Shown here one piece after another: positions 13,801 through 26,082 of a DNA stretch of 64,000 nucleotides. A program made the translations under genes and the position numbers. The stretch is taken from assembly GCF_964213995.1 (NCBI RefSeq), contig NC_135822.1, positions 21,266,001 through 21,330,000 of the forward strand. Direction: 5' to 3'. The notes beneath the pieces were generated by a model. The model worked only from the letters and a program-made list of their open reading frames with translations. It did not search any database and was not told the DNA's origin. The stretch comes from Mustelus asterias. Its lineage: Eukaryota. The stretch's first letter is position 1. Every line of letters begins with the position of its first letter.

Positions 13801-16800
13801 TCATGTTTTAATCTGCTGAGGGATCAATATTGACCAGGATAACCCTTCTGCTCTTTGATCAGAACTGAAGGATCTTTTACATCCATTTTATGTGGCAGAT
13901 GGCTCAGTTTAACGTCTCATTTGAAAAATGGCACCTCTGTGAGTCCAGTGCTCCCTCACCCTGGATTATGTACTCAAATCTCTAGAGTGGGGTTTGAACG
14001 AGAGGCAAAATTGCTACCAGTAAGTCAAGCCACTGCTGCTCAGAGGTTATTGCATGTGTCACTTTTCCTTTCTTCTCTCTGTCACCCCAGCAAAAAGGCT
14101 TGCCCCTGAGTCAGAAGGATGTGGATTCAAGACCCACTTGACTTCAGCACAAAAATTAAGGCTGACGCTTCACTTCATTATCGTAGGAGCACTGCACTGT
14201 CGGAGTTAGAACATAGAACAGTACAGCACAGAACAGGCCCTTCGGCCCACGATGTTGTGCCGAGCTTTATCTGAAACCAAGATCAAGCTATCCCACTCCC
14301 TATCATCCTGGTGTGCTCCATGTGCCTATCCAATAACCGCTTAAATGTTCCTAAAGTGTCTGACTCCACTATCACTGCAGGCAGTCCATTCCACACCCCA
14401 ACCACTCTCTGCGTAAAGAATTATCGGTATTCAGCCAAGAAGTTAAATCAAGATCCCATCTTCTCCTGTAAGAAGATGTAAAACATCCCATGGTACTCTT
14501 TTGTAGAACAGGGGAGTTTATTCCTGGCATTCAGGTCAATATTTATTCGTAGTCAACATCACAAAAACAGACTATCTGGTAATTCATTGCTGTTTCTGGG
14601 AGTTTGCTGTGCACAAATTGGCTGCCACATTTCCTACATTACAACAGTGACTTCATTTCAAAAGTACGTCATTGGCTGTAAAGCGCTATGAGACGTCCTG
14701 TCGGCATTAAACATGACACTCACATGCCAAGAATAAATCAAAAAGAAAGGTGCTATATAAATGCAAGTCTTTATTTTCTCTTCTTCTTTCCGGTCTCTGT
14801 CAGATCAGCAAAGACTAACATTGATTACAGTATCAGATCATATCCATGACGCACTCTGTTCCCACCTCCCTCTCAACTGGACAAAAATTGACAGGAGGCT
14901 GAAGAGGGGACTGCAGTGTAACCATGTTATAGTGTCAGAGCATTGTCACACTTGGTCACGGGTGATCCCAATCCAAAGCCACAGCTGTTTTACCCATTTC
15001 TATCAGCCTTGCTCTCATTTTTTGATTTTCTGATTTTCTTCTTTACCAGAATCACTGCTGAAAGATGGAGAAAGCCACCAATGACCACCTCAGACATTGG
15101 TCATTGTAATAATACCTGCCCTAGAAGCTTGGCTGAGAAACCTAATTCATTATTAAAGAATTGAGTGATCGGTTAAATCCTCAGGCTAGTCAGGAATTGT
15201 GCAGGTTACCAGGCAGGCAGTCGAGATGATGATCGCATGGTTCCACTTCTGCCAGTGAGGTGAGGTTCCCATTACTCAGGTTCTTGCTGCGACGCTTGTC
15301 TACAAGGAACAAACAGAATAAAAATATCAACTTGTTGGAAAGGAATTGCTTTGTTGGTATGTAAAAGTTATTTTTATTCATAACTGCCCCAATCTAACAA
15401 ACCAAAGATGATTGAGTGGACAAAACTATGGCAGATGGAGTTCAGAGTGGGGAAGTATGAAGTCATTCACTTTGGTCCTGAGAAAGATAGATCAGTGCAT
15501 TTGCTAAATGACAAGAAGTTTTGAACCGTGGAGGAGCAGATTAGGAGTCCAAATACAGAAATCACATATCAGGATAACCTCTATCTCAAAGAAGCTGGAA
15601 CACAAAGGAGGTGACGATACAATGTTATATAACAGTGTACAAAGCTCTAGTTAAACCCCATTGAGAAAACAGCATTCAGTTCTGGGCACTGCAACTCAGG
15701 AAGGATATACTCATCTTTGAGGGGGTACAACACAGATTCACTAGAATGATACCCAGTCTGAAAAGGCTGGGTAAATTGGGTGTATATTCTCCAGAGTTTA
15801 GAAGAATGAGAGGTGATCTCATTCAAACATACAAGATTCTGAAAAGGCTTGATAGCATCGACGCTGAGAGGTTGTTTCTTCTGATCAGGGAATTTAAAAC
15901 ACAGAGGCGCAGTCTCAGATCAAGTGGCTGATCATATAGAATTGAGATGAGGAGAAATTACGTCACTCAAGGGGTTGTGAATCTTTTTGATTTGATTTGA
16001 TTTATTATTGTCACATGTATTAGTATACAGTGAAAAGTATTGTTTCTTGTGCGCTATACAAAGCATACCATACATAGTGAAGGAAAGGAGTGAGTGCAAA
16101 ATGTAGTGTTACAGTCATTGCTGGGGTGTAGAGAAAGATCAACTTAATATGAGGTAGGTCTATTCAAAAGTCTGATGACAGCAGGGAAGAAGCTGTTCTT
16201 GAGTCAGTTGATACGTGTCCTCAGGCTTTTGTATCTTTTTCTCAATGGAAGAAGGTGGAAGAGAGTATGTCCGGGGTTCTCCACCCTACAGGTATGTGGA
16301 TGCTCCATCATTGAATATATTTCAGGCTCGGATATAGACAGATTTTCGGTCTCTCAGGAAATGAAAGGATATGGGATGCAGGAAGGAAAGGAAGTTGAAG
16401 CCTAAGATCAGCCATGATTATATTGAATGGTGCAGCAGGCTTGACAGGCTACATGGTCTACTGCTGCTCCTATTTCTTATGTTCTCGTAAAACGTTTAAA
16501 TTATGACGACAGGTTGCATAGATGAGGATTGAATTCTCTTGAGTGTAGAAGATTAACGGGATCTAACTGAAGTTATAAAAATGATTTAAGGATTTAATAG
16601 GGTAGGAAGAGAGAAACTATTTATTCTGCCTTGATCTGGACTTCTCCCACCAGAATAACCTTAAAATTAGAGGTAAAATGTTCAGGGATGATGTTAGGAA
16701 GGATCTCTTTGCACTTGCAAACCCAGCACATATTGGTTCCCCCCCCCCCCCCCGCCCCCCCCCCCCCGCCCCCCCCCCCCCACCCCCCAACCACCCCCCA

Positions 16801-19800
16801 CCACCACCCCATGCTCACACTCCTCACCCATTACCTTTTTTCTTTGCTGAAGGCCACATTTCTGGCTTCATATCTTCATAATCTGTCCAATCAAAGAGCG
16901 TCATGTCAAGAGTGGGATTCACCTCAGCAACTGTTCTTGCTCCGACCTACATATGCTCAAGAAAACAACGAGCGGGTCAGAGATAGGGACAGAGGTAATG
17001 GAACAAAAAGATGGAGATGGAATAGGGAGTCATAGAAGAAAAATGGTTTGTTTGAGAGATAAAATAAGGAAGAAATAAGAGAGAGAGAGAAAACAAGGCA
17101 AATGAATGACAATGAAGTGAGTGAGCAAAGAAAATGACTGTAATTAGATTGGGAGAAATAATCATTTGCAAACTGTACAGAGACCAGACAGGTGAATAGC
17201 TAGTGAGATGAATTTGGAGATGACCCACCAGGCAACAGTTATCCAACAACTCATGACCCTTGTGCAAGGAACCTTGGGGACCTGAGAAGAATATACATCA
17301 GTTTACCTCACTGACACAGTGACTGCAAATCCCAATAATGGTAACTCGAGAATCTGAATTCAGATAAAAGCTCTGGAAATAAATGTCAGCTTTACAATTG
17401 ATGGCACATGCTGAGAATTAAAAAAACACAACTATTTATACACTATCAGCTTCTCTGATATCAAGTTGTGAATGAGCCACAATTTCCTCAGCTATCTGCA
17501 GCCTTTGTTATTTCCTTCATCTGATTTTTAAAGCTTTGGTCAGACTGCAGCAGATGGAATGCAACTGTGACAAGCTGTCTGACTGAGACATAACCTCCAA
17601 AGCCCACACCTGAGCCCCCTTAACTTCCATCTCCACAACATCTGCTTCTTTCACCTCTATCACCTGCACCTGTGACCAAAACCTTTATCTGCACTTATGT
17701 CAGCTCCAGACTTGAGTCCATTCTTGTTGGCCCCTAGAAACTCCAAAATTCAACTGCTTGCATCCCATCTTATACTGTTTGCCTACCTATCACTCTAACC
17801 CTCTTCACCTACACTGTCACCCTATTCCACAATGTATTGATTTCAAAACCCCCATCCTCATTCATAAATCCATATATAACTCCTCCTCAACCCATCATCT
17901 CCACCCTTCTGGCTATAATGAGCCATAATTTCTTCTAACTCTGCTCCCTTGTGCACCCTCCACCATCAGTGACAAACATTCTCAGTTTTCTCTTTTAGCA
18001 ATCTTTCTGTAAATACAATTTTTCTCCACCTTTAAGTCTCCATCTCGCTGCTCCTGGTTACTACAGTGTAGCTCATGACCCAGGAAATCTAGTTTACCTG
18101 TTGCCGTGTACCCCTAGATTTTGTTGCTGGTGCTTCCTCGGTTGTGATAGTGGTCAGCAATGTGCTGGTCACAATGGTGCTGGACATCGGCAGGGACATT
18201 GTGGAAAGCTCGTCTGTCTCCTTGCTTCTTGTCAGATCCTTTAAGAATGGAATTAACTCAGCACCTGGCACTTTCCCTGCAGAGAAGGGATACGTATTAA
18301 TATCGATTAATCAGCTGCAGTTAAAAAATAAATAGCTGATAGGATGTCAAACAAGGTGGGTGTTGAACAAGGTGGGTGACAAAGACCGCTGGATGACAGC
18401 ATAACAATTGAATCCACATGACAAGGCGATAGGGACCTGCTGAATGGCAGAGGCATCTGGGTGACAGGGATCTGCTGGATGACTGTATGATGTGGAGATG
18501 CCGGCGTTGGACTTGGGTAAACACAGTAAGAAGTCTCACAACACCAGGTTAAAGTCCAACAGGTTTATTTGGTAGCAAAAGCCACTAGCTTTCAGAGTGC
18601 TGCTCCTTCATCAGATATGTGGGAGTTCTGTTCACAAACAGGGCATATAAAGACACAAACTCAATTTACAAAATAATGGTTGGAATGCGAGTCTTCAAGA
18701 CTCGCATTCCAACAATTATTTTGTAAATTGAGTTTGTGTCTTTATATGCCCTGTTTGTGAACAGAACTCCCACATATCTGATGAAGGAGCAGTGCTCCGA
18801 AAGCTAGTGGCTTTTGCTACCAAATAAACCTGTTGGACTTTAACCTGGTGTTGTGAGACTTCTTACTGTGGATGACTGTATGACAGGGATGGATCTCCCT
18901 GGTTGTTCTAGAGATTTGTTTGGTGAAACAATAATAAGGTGACAGGAACCTATTGGGTGACCGGGACCTTCTGGGTGATGGTGTGATCAGGTAACAGAAA
19001 CCTTCTAGGTGACAGCATTATAAAGTGACAGGGACTTTCTGGGTGGTAGGGCACTGCTTGGTGTGGCTGAGTTGCAAATCTGCTGGATATTTTGTACCTT
19101 TGGCTTGCATTTCTTAATTGGATATTATTCTCTCTGTCACTTTGAGGCGCAATTGCTCACAGTGTGAAAGCCAAAGTAATAATGAACCAAATTAGTAAAT
19201 TTGCAACACACGCTGCCTTTATTTGACATTTCAAATGCGACAACTGGTTTAAGATTAAAAACACTGATGGGGAAAAGGTCAAGAGAGAGTTAGGATCATG
19301 CCCCCACACCCCTGACCCCAGGAAGGACTGTTGAAACCCAGTTTTATTCCCTTTGCTGATAGTATCAGCAGTAGCAATTGGCACAGGACAGTTTGCTCAC
19401 CAGCAAGGGAACAGTGCAAGATTAATGCACAACTGCTGATCAACTGCACATGTGGGTCCCTGACAATATTCTTCATCCGCTAAATTATTTAACAATGAAG
19501 TTCACTGTCACTCATGTAAATATTCTGCAAAATTCAAACATTCAGGAAATCCCCAATTCCCCAATTTCAGTTTATTACTCTCTCCTAATGCCACATCCTC
19601 TTCCTGGCCACGAATCTCCCAGAGACATTTCTAACCACATGGTCCCTTTGAACAGACACCACATCAACCAGCACTCTATGGCCCCATGAGGTCTAACTGA
19701 AACATTATCAATATGACTGCATGCTTTTCGTGGGATTTATGGTCAAATTTCACACAACTGGCTAATTCCATTTACATCTAAAATCACACAGGAATTTTGA

Positions 19801-22800
19801 ATCTAATGCCATGCCTGTTTAATGATGCCCTATTGGTTGCACAAAGTCTCACTGTCCAGGAGGACAAATCAAGAATTAGTTTCACACATTTGAATCCCTG
19901 TGAAAGAAAGAAGTGGTCATCCTGGAGGCTGCTCTGCTGGACAATGTTTGCCCTCTTTTAAATAGCATCATTATGCTAATAAAGTCCTTAGTTTGCAGCC
20001 ATATTGTTCCAGTGAGCTTCAGACTGGCTCTGAACTCCCCAAGTGCATGATCCGGCACATTCTTGAAGCTAGACTGCTGTTGCAAAGGTTAATTGTGAAA
20101 CTGGGTACATTTTATTTTCCAGTCTGCATCTGGCTCCATGCAATATGTGTTGTTGCTATAGAAGATGTTCGTTTTGCATTACTTCCCTCCCTATTTCTAA
20201 ATGAGCATGGAGCAAAGTGTCGAGATTCAAAAACCCGTTTGGAATTCTAACAGCCTTATATGATTTAGATAAGGGGAGAAATAAATGAAGGACACTAATT
20301 CAAAGGGCAAGGACACCAGCATTGTAAAAGAAAGACTTGCATTTACACAGTGCATTTCATGATCCGAGGACATCCCAAAGTGCTTTACAGTCAATGAAGC
20401 ACTTTTGAAGTGTAGTCACTGCTGCAATGTAGGAAACCTGCCACCCAATTTGCACATAGGAATGTCCAACAGACAGATATGAGATGACAAGATTCATTAT
20501 TTTAATAATGTTCATTGAAGGATCAATATTTACTAGGACGTCGGGCAGAATGCCCCTGCTCTTTGAAATAGCACAATGGCATCTTTTACATCCAACTGAA
20601 AGGCCAGCTGTTCTTCACTAACAGTGCATTACTTACAAACATCTGGAAACACATGCAAGAAACCCAGATGGGAAAGACTGATCGAGTCCCAGCACCAACC
20701 CAAGGTTACCACACATCCTTCCTTGAGAGAGTTCATTCCAATATTGCTTCTAATGTCAATGTTGGTTGAATATTGATGTGTCACACTTCAAAATTGCAAC
20801 CTGTAGCTTTTCTTCAATAAAGGCTGTTGAAAAAATGAAATGTTTGTCTTCATACTTTGTATGCTGAGTTCCTTAAGCTGCTGTTTTGGTCAGTGCCAAG
20901 TATGTTGGACTTCAATAGCAATAATATAAAAGCTTACATTTACCTTGATACACTACCTGAGTCTGAGAAACTTCTGTAGCATATGGAGGACTAGTCACTG
21001 AGCCGCCTCCATGCAAACTGCATAATCCCCTCCCCAACAGTGTGACCTCCCCACAATCACCCGAACAGTGTGATCCTCATCTCCACCCAAACAAAGTGAT
21101 ATCGAAATCCTTTGCAGCATTTCCTATAACTGGACTTTTGTGACACTAATAACTGAAGTGATTCGTGAGGAAACAAAAACACACTCCTTTGAGGACCGGC
21201 AGCAGCCTTTGAACAACAAATGCTTGTCCAGGTTCCCCTCCAGCCACGCCGCCCTCCCCCCACCAATGCTGCCACCCACCTCACCACCGCCCCCCCCCCC
21301 CCAACCAATTATAAACTATTGAGACATTCAGTACACACTGTTCCTACACAGAGTCTATTAAAATGAAGTGGGAATACCCAATTATGCACAAATTGTTCCT
21401 ACACGGAGTCTATTAAAATGAAGTGGGAATAACCAGTTATGCATCCTTTGCTATTCAATGGCTTTTTAAAAAGAAGTCAGTGATTTTAGCAGAGAATGCA
21501 TTCGCTGTTTGAGGTTAATTTTACAGGATACAACTGACACAGGCATGAAAAACACATGGCACTGGTTATAAAGTGTAACAAAAGAGAAGGCTTTTATTAT
21601 CCTATAACATATGGAGAGGGTTTTGAGCTTTGATAAAAGTTGTAGATCTGGACAATCTATTAGTGCTCTCAATACATTTCCATAAGCCATTACAGGAAAA
21701 CTTCTTGCATAATTTCCAGACAACTGAAAAAATTGGAGGCTAATTGTTTTGCAAAGAATGATTGGCACACTGTTCAGAAAGCTAATTACAAACAAACCTT
21801 TACGCACTAGCTGAACAAAATCTTAACAAACAGCTGGATGTTCTGTGGCCAGGGGCTTCCAGCTCTGAAGGCTCAGCTGTGTTGGAAATGCCATATTGCT
21901 TTGAATAACAGTCAGATAAATGTAGGTCACAGAAAATAAAATCTTTCCACATCATCTCACCTGACATTTCTTCAAGCCTCTCACTGTCAGGTGCACCAAA
22001 TTAGAGTCAATAAATGGTAGTTCCTGCGTTGGACTTTGCGTTTACACCATAGGAGTCGACCCATCTATTCACCCAAATGCAGTTGTACTTCAAAAGCAAG
22101 CATCAGAATGATGCAACCTCCCTTGTAAAACCAGATTATTACTGACATAATGAACAAAGAAGTGAGATTCAGGTCAATCAAACCACATTGAGAACATTCT
22201 TCATTTGTGTCTTTTTCTCTCATCTGTTTTCTCCCATTTTTTCAGATCTCCCAACCGTTGGTGAGGACAGTTATTACTTTGTCCTTGCATCAAACTATCA
22301 GGTTTGTGATTATCACCTTACACTCTGCATGTGCATCAGTCCATCAATGTTCCACACCAGCAGCTGAACATTACCTTTCCTTGAAACTGCACATTTATTC
22401 ATATCTCAAATGCAGAACTTCCATTAACAATTCTGGGCAGGATGGGAGTGGCATGGAGAGAGTGCGGCCAATCCCTGAGTAGGGATGGGAAAGGTGCATT
22501 TGGTAGTAAGAATAAAAAAGAAAAGTATTTTTTAAAAGGTAAAAATCTTGTAAGTGTTGATGTTCAAAGAGACTTGGGTGTTCTTGTACACGGAATGTAG
22601 AAAGTTAGCGTGGAGTTGCAGCAAGCAATTAGGAAGGCAAATGGCATGGGACAGAAGTACAAGACTAACAAAGTTTTGCTATTGTTGTATAGGGTTTTGC
22701 TGAGACTACATGTGGAGTACCATGCGTACAGTTTTGTTCTCCATAATTAAGAAAGGTTTTACTTGCACTGGAGGTGGTACAGTGAAGGTTCACTAAATTG

Positions 22801-24276
22801 GTCCCTCGGATGAGGGTTCAATGATGAGAGGCTGAATAAATTGGTCTTCTAAACTCCAGAGTTCAGAAGAATGAGAAGCAATCTAATTTAAACATACACA
22901 ATTCTGAAGGAGCTTGATAGGATGGACAAAGAAAAAGATAGGAAGAGACAGCAGAAGAGGGTGTTACATGGGAAGAGAAAAGGCAGAAGTAAAGCAGAGG
23001 CAAAAATTAAATAGTGTATTTGAATGTAGGAACATGTCCTAATGCATAAGAAAATAAAAGATTGTAAGCCAAGGAGAAGAGATTAGGAGGAATGACCAAA
23101 ACCTTGATCAAAGAGATGGGTTTCAAGGAAGACCTTAAAGAAGGAGAGGAAAGTGGAGAGACAGAGTGGTTTAGGAGAGGAAATTCCACTCACAACACAA
23201 CCACCAATAATGGAGTAGGGAGGAGATGTAGAAGAGGTAAGGGTCAGAGGAGCAAAGTTTTGGGAAAAGCTGGAGGAGGCTTCAGAGACAGGGAGGGGAA
23301 AGGCCACAAAAGGGTTTAAACACAATTATCCAAATTTCAAATTGAAATGTTGAGGAGGACAATGGAGGCAAGATCCGAGAGGACAGGGGTAATTGCTGAA
23401 TGGGAGTTTCTGTGGGATGAGATATGGGCAACAAGGGATTTGGATGAGCTGAAGTTTATGGAAGGTGGAATGTACATAGACTGAGCAATTAGAACATGAC
23501 AAGATAGAAACTTTGTAAAATAATCAAATCTTGGTAAGTAATCACACACCAGCTTCTGGGTTTGTTATTCTTGATATAAATTTAATTTACTGTTGAGTAA
23601 ATCTAAATAAAAAATACAAACCCTGGAGCTATTGCTGTTATAATTGGATTTTTATAATAATTTCTAATTATTTTAGTTTAAAATTGTACATTTTATAGAA
23701 TAAATTTGTCTGGTTAATCCCAATGCTAAAGCATCTTTTCCAATTCTAAAAATATTTAAAATATTTTTCACTGATGTCTCCAAAATCCCTCTTACCCTTA
23801 TTGTGTCGAGCTCTCTCTCTCCTATTTGGCTTCTTATGGTCTCTGTTGTGCTTTTTCCCTTTATTTGCAGATTCTCCTGTTGGGTAATTTTCTGGCATTC
23901 GAGGATAAAATTGACCATTCTGGCCCATTACTCTCTCCTGCTGCATTGCTGCTGTTCTTTCCAGACTGTCTGTCTCCACACGCACTGGAGTCAGACTCTC
24001 CAACCCCACACTGTCCTCATCTGGTCTGTCTGCCACCAGTACTCTGGTTACCATGGTGTTGGCTTTGTCTTTCCTCTGTACGCCATGTTTGCGGCCAGGT
24101 TTGGGGGGGTCTGGCCAGGACTCGTGTCTCTTCAGATCATTGCTGCTGTCTGGTGGCTGCAGTGTGCTCTTCTTCCCTCTGGTTCCAGTTTCCAGAGCAC
24201 AGACATGGCTTAGACCATCAAAAGCCAAGAGGAAGAGGAAAGGAGACATGAGGTACCAGTGAGCCATTTCCTTCAT
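10761..24276 (-). CDS. DRAXIN: Draxin (dorsal inhibitory axon guidance protein), spliced CDS join(24276-23796,18276-18098,16946-16835,15299-15210,11383-11294,10873-10761), 354 aa
   Basis: Six exons with GT-AG ends and matching phases total 1065 nt. Hydrophobic N-terminal signal peptide, [15 protein letters not shown] motif and Cys-rich C-terminus ([18 protein letters not shown]...[36 protein letters not shown]) are characteristic of draxin. Confidence 0.96.
11294..11383 (-). CDS. DRAXIN: DRAXIN coding exon 5 ([30 protein letters not shown])
   Basis: 90 nt, phase 1-1, GT-AG ends; Cys-rich domain. Confidence 0.96.
11560..12380 (+). mobile_element. Degraded L2-like LINE 3' region
   Basis: LQLIQNSA-type and ITPVL remnants, tail gtgctatataaatgca; similar pieces near 5790-6310, 22990-23480 and 55490-55830. 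Confidence 0.6.
13350..14030 (-). mobile_element. DeuSINE-like copy interrupted by a MITE
   Basis: tacttttgaa|...|gtcactgttgtaat...gcagccaattt. Confidence 0.65.
13421..13726. mobile_element. Non-autonomous DNA transposon (hAT-like MITE), 306 bp
   Basis: Terminal inverted repeats cagggtgaccaact and agttggttaccctg (13/14 match). Confidence 0.65.
14105..14775 (+). mobile_element. DeuSINE (SacSINE1/AmnSINE-like), interrupted by a young CR1 3' fragment at ~14208-14420
   Basis: Deu-domain-like cattgctgtttctgggagtttgctgtgcacaaattggctgccacatttcctacattacaacagtgac and 3' ggtgctatataaatgcaagtctt. Confidence 0.75.
15210..15299 (-). CDS. DRAXIN: DRAXIN coding exon 4 ([30 protein letters not shown])
   Basis: 90 nt, phase 1-1, GT-AG ends; start of the Cys-rich domain. 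Confidence 0.95.
15400..16490 (+). mobile_element. Degraded CR1 3' region interrupted by another LINE 3' fragment (~15985-16275)
   Basis: CR1 C-terminal peptide [14 protein letters not shown]; the inserted tttgatttgatttattattgtcacatg repeat also occurs at ~1900 and ~2530. Confidence 0.75.
16835..16946 (-). CDS. DRAXIN: DRAXIN coding exon 3 ([37 protein letters not shown])
   Basis: 112 nt, gtag acceptor, G|GTAAT donor; conserved draxin motif. Confidence 0.95.
18098..18276 (-). CDS. DRAXIN: DRAXIN coding exon 2 ([11 protein letters not shown]...[16 protein letters not shown]), Ser/Thr-rich
   Basis: ctgcag acceptor, CAG|GTAAAC donor, 179 nt, phase 1 to 0 fits neighbouring exons. Confidence 0.88.
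18491..18869. mobile_element. Penelope-like element remnant arranged as an inverted repeat (two 174-bp arms) with a hammerhead motif
   Basis: Arms 18522-18695 and 18697-18870; flanking 14-bp direct repeat ggatgactgtatga (18477-18490, 18870-18883); ctgatga-a-ggagc.agt.gctcc-gaaagcta at 18778-18806. Confidence 0.8.
20330..20605 (-). mobile_element. DeuSINE-like 3' part
   Basis: aagacttgcattta...gcacttttgaagtgtagtcactg...aatgtaggaaa. Confidence 0.65.
21339..21443. repeat. 55-bp-period tandem duplication (2 copies)
   Basis: tgttcctacacRgagtctattaaaatgaagtgggaata... at 21339 and 21394. Confidence 0.9.
22490..22930 (+). mobile_element. Degraded CR1 ORF2 3' fragment
   Basis: Similar to the CR1 C-terminal coding region (agagacttgggtgttcttgtaca, agaagaatgagaagcaatct). 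Confidence 0.65.
23796..24276 (-). CDS. DRAXIN: DRAXIN first coding exon ([19 protein letters not shown]...RRERARHNK)
   Basis: Acceptor ttctttag before 24285, ATG at 24276, donor G|GTAAG at 23796 (phase 1); encodes a signal-peptide-like N-terminus. Confidence 0.92.
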
Positions 24277-25374
24277 ATGATTAATCTAAAGAAGAAACAT
24301 GCGAGGTGAACCAGAGAGTTTTATTACAATTGTTGATAAAGTATTATGTGCTGTACAACACTCAGGGGTAGATTAACCACCATTGCATTTGCATAATTAG
24401 CTTTAGTGGGTGCCAACATCAATCAAAACTCCCCCAATAGTTCAGATGGTAAAAGCTTTGCATAACTAGCCAGTTCCAGGATAGGATTTGGGACTCAGTT
24501 GCTGGACTTCTTAGATTCGGCCTATATCAGTCAAAATTCTTGTAGGAGCATTCCAATTTGTCTCAGTGTCCCTGCACTACAATAAGGGCAAGGAGGGGGA
24601 AATTCAGTTAGATTATCATGCAATGACCCCTGATGGATCCTATACCTCAACAACAGGTAGTGTCTTCAGGAAAAAAATAGGACTAAGGAAAGACATTGGC
24701 AAAATGACAAGCAAACCCTTAACCTCGGCTGTTATTGTGCTCAGTGACATGTTCTGTGATATTTACAGGCCATCCTAATGTGGCTCAGTGCAGGCTACAA
24801 TGAGTGTCACTCACACTTCCTTTTCCATTTCATTTAGTATTCCCTCTAGTCCAAAGAACAAAAATTCAAAGCTAATATAGCAAGGTGTTTTTTTGCCAAG
24901 TCCAAAATTGCACAGGGGTGTGATAAAAACTGAGTGAGAATGATAGTTGCGAACAGAAGGACGCTATTCTGCTCTCTGGTTCTGTGTCATCTCTTTCAAA
25001 GAATGGCAGTAGGTTTGGAAAGGAACAAGAGGTGGGCTTAGGTCTAAGTTAGAGTTTATTAATGCTGAGATACAACTGAAAACCTTAATAACTAAATAAC
25101 TCTTTCACACTATTAGACACAAGTGTAAAAACTAAATTTTCCTCTCTTTGTTAACATACCCATAATGCAGTGTTGGTCTTGTGCCTGCTTCCATATCCCA
25201 ATAGTGATGCACATTCCTCCACACTTCAGCTTGTCCATAAATGATTCTGGCATGACTTTCCCTTTCTTCCACTTCTCCCCCTATTGAGTCCCTCACATGG
25301 AGAAGAGGACATTTGTAGCAAGGAGAGCATTTATTACCCACCCAAAATAGTCCTTGAACACAAGGACATAGGAT

Positions 25375-25565
25375 AAAGGCAAAATACTGCGGATGCTGGA
25401 ACCTGAAACAAAAATAGAAAATGCTGGAAAATCTCAGCAGGTCTGACAGCATCTGTGGGGAGAGAATAGAGCCAACATTTCGAGTTCAGATGACCCTTTG
25501 TCATTCAGACTCAAAACGTTGGCCCTATTCTCTCCCTACAGATGCTGACAGATCTGCTAAGATTT
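25375..25565. mobile_element. Second Penelope-like family remnant with internal inverted repeat
   Basis: Arms ~25429-25485 and ~25509-25565; related fragments near 9480, 29355, 46600-46780, 52160-52262, 53695/54030 and 61380. Confidence 0.55.
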
Positions 25566-25965
25566 AACAAGGAACATAGGAAATAGGAGCAGGAGTAAGG
25601 CTTATAAATAGGCTCCTCAAGCCGACTGTACCATTCAATAAGATTATGGCTGATCTGATTTGTGGCCTTTTCCCCATTTTTCTGCCTGACCCTCATAAAC
25701 TTCAACTTCCTTCTAGATCAAAAATCTAATTCCGCCTTGAATATATTAAATGACCAAAGTGGTGCAGAGCGGCGTTCCTGAACCATGTAGTCTGTGTGGG
25801 TATAGATACATCCACAGTGCTGTTGGGGAGGGAGCTCCAGGATTTTGACCTGGTGATATATTCCCAAGTCAAGATGATGTGTGATTTAGAGGGGTACTTG
25901 CAGGTGATAATGTTCCCCTGTACTTGCTTCCCTGGTCCTTCTAGGTACTAGATGTCATAGAGTCA

Positions 25966-26082
25966 TTGGGCGCGATTTTCCAGTTGCGCTTGTCCCAAAA
26001 CTGGAAAATCCCACCCCCAAGGTCAATGGACCTTTACATGGTACAATTCCTGTGGCGGGTGGCATGGGAAAATTCCCCCCAT
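25966..26082. mobile_element. Small MITE-like element
   Basis: Imperfect terminal inverted repeats tgggcgcgattttcc and gggaaaattcccccca, plus internal gattttccagt/actggaaaatc hairpin. Confidence 0.4.

Noticed and set aside
16631-17035. Proline-rich and glycine-rich ORFs
   Set aside because: Produced by poly-C tracts; they overlap a real DRAXIN exon in another frame or strand.
21460-21910. Possible neural enhancer (E-box, Sox and TAAT motifs) in DRAXIN intron 2
   Set aside because: Short motifs are expected by chance and cannot be supported without conservation or chromatin data.
23803-24262. Plus-strand ORFs over the first DRAXIN coding exon
   Set aside because: Antisense shadows of the real coding exon.
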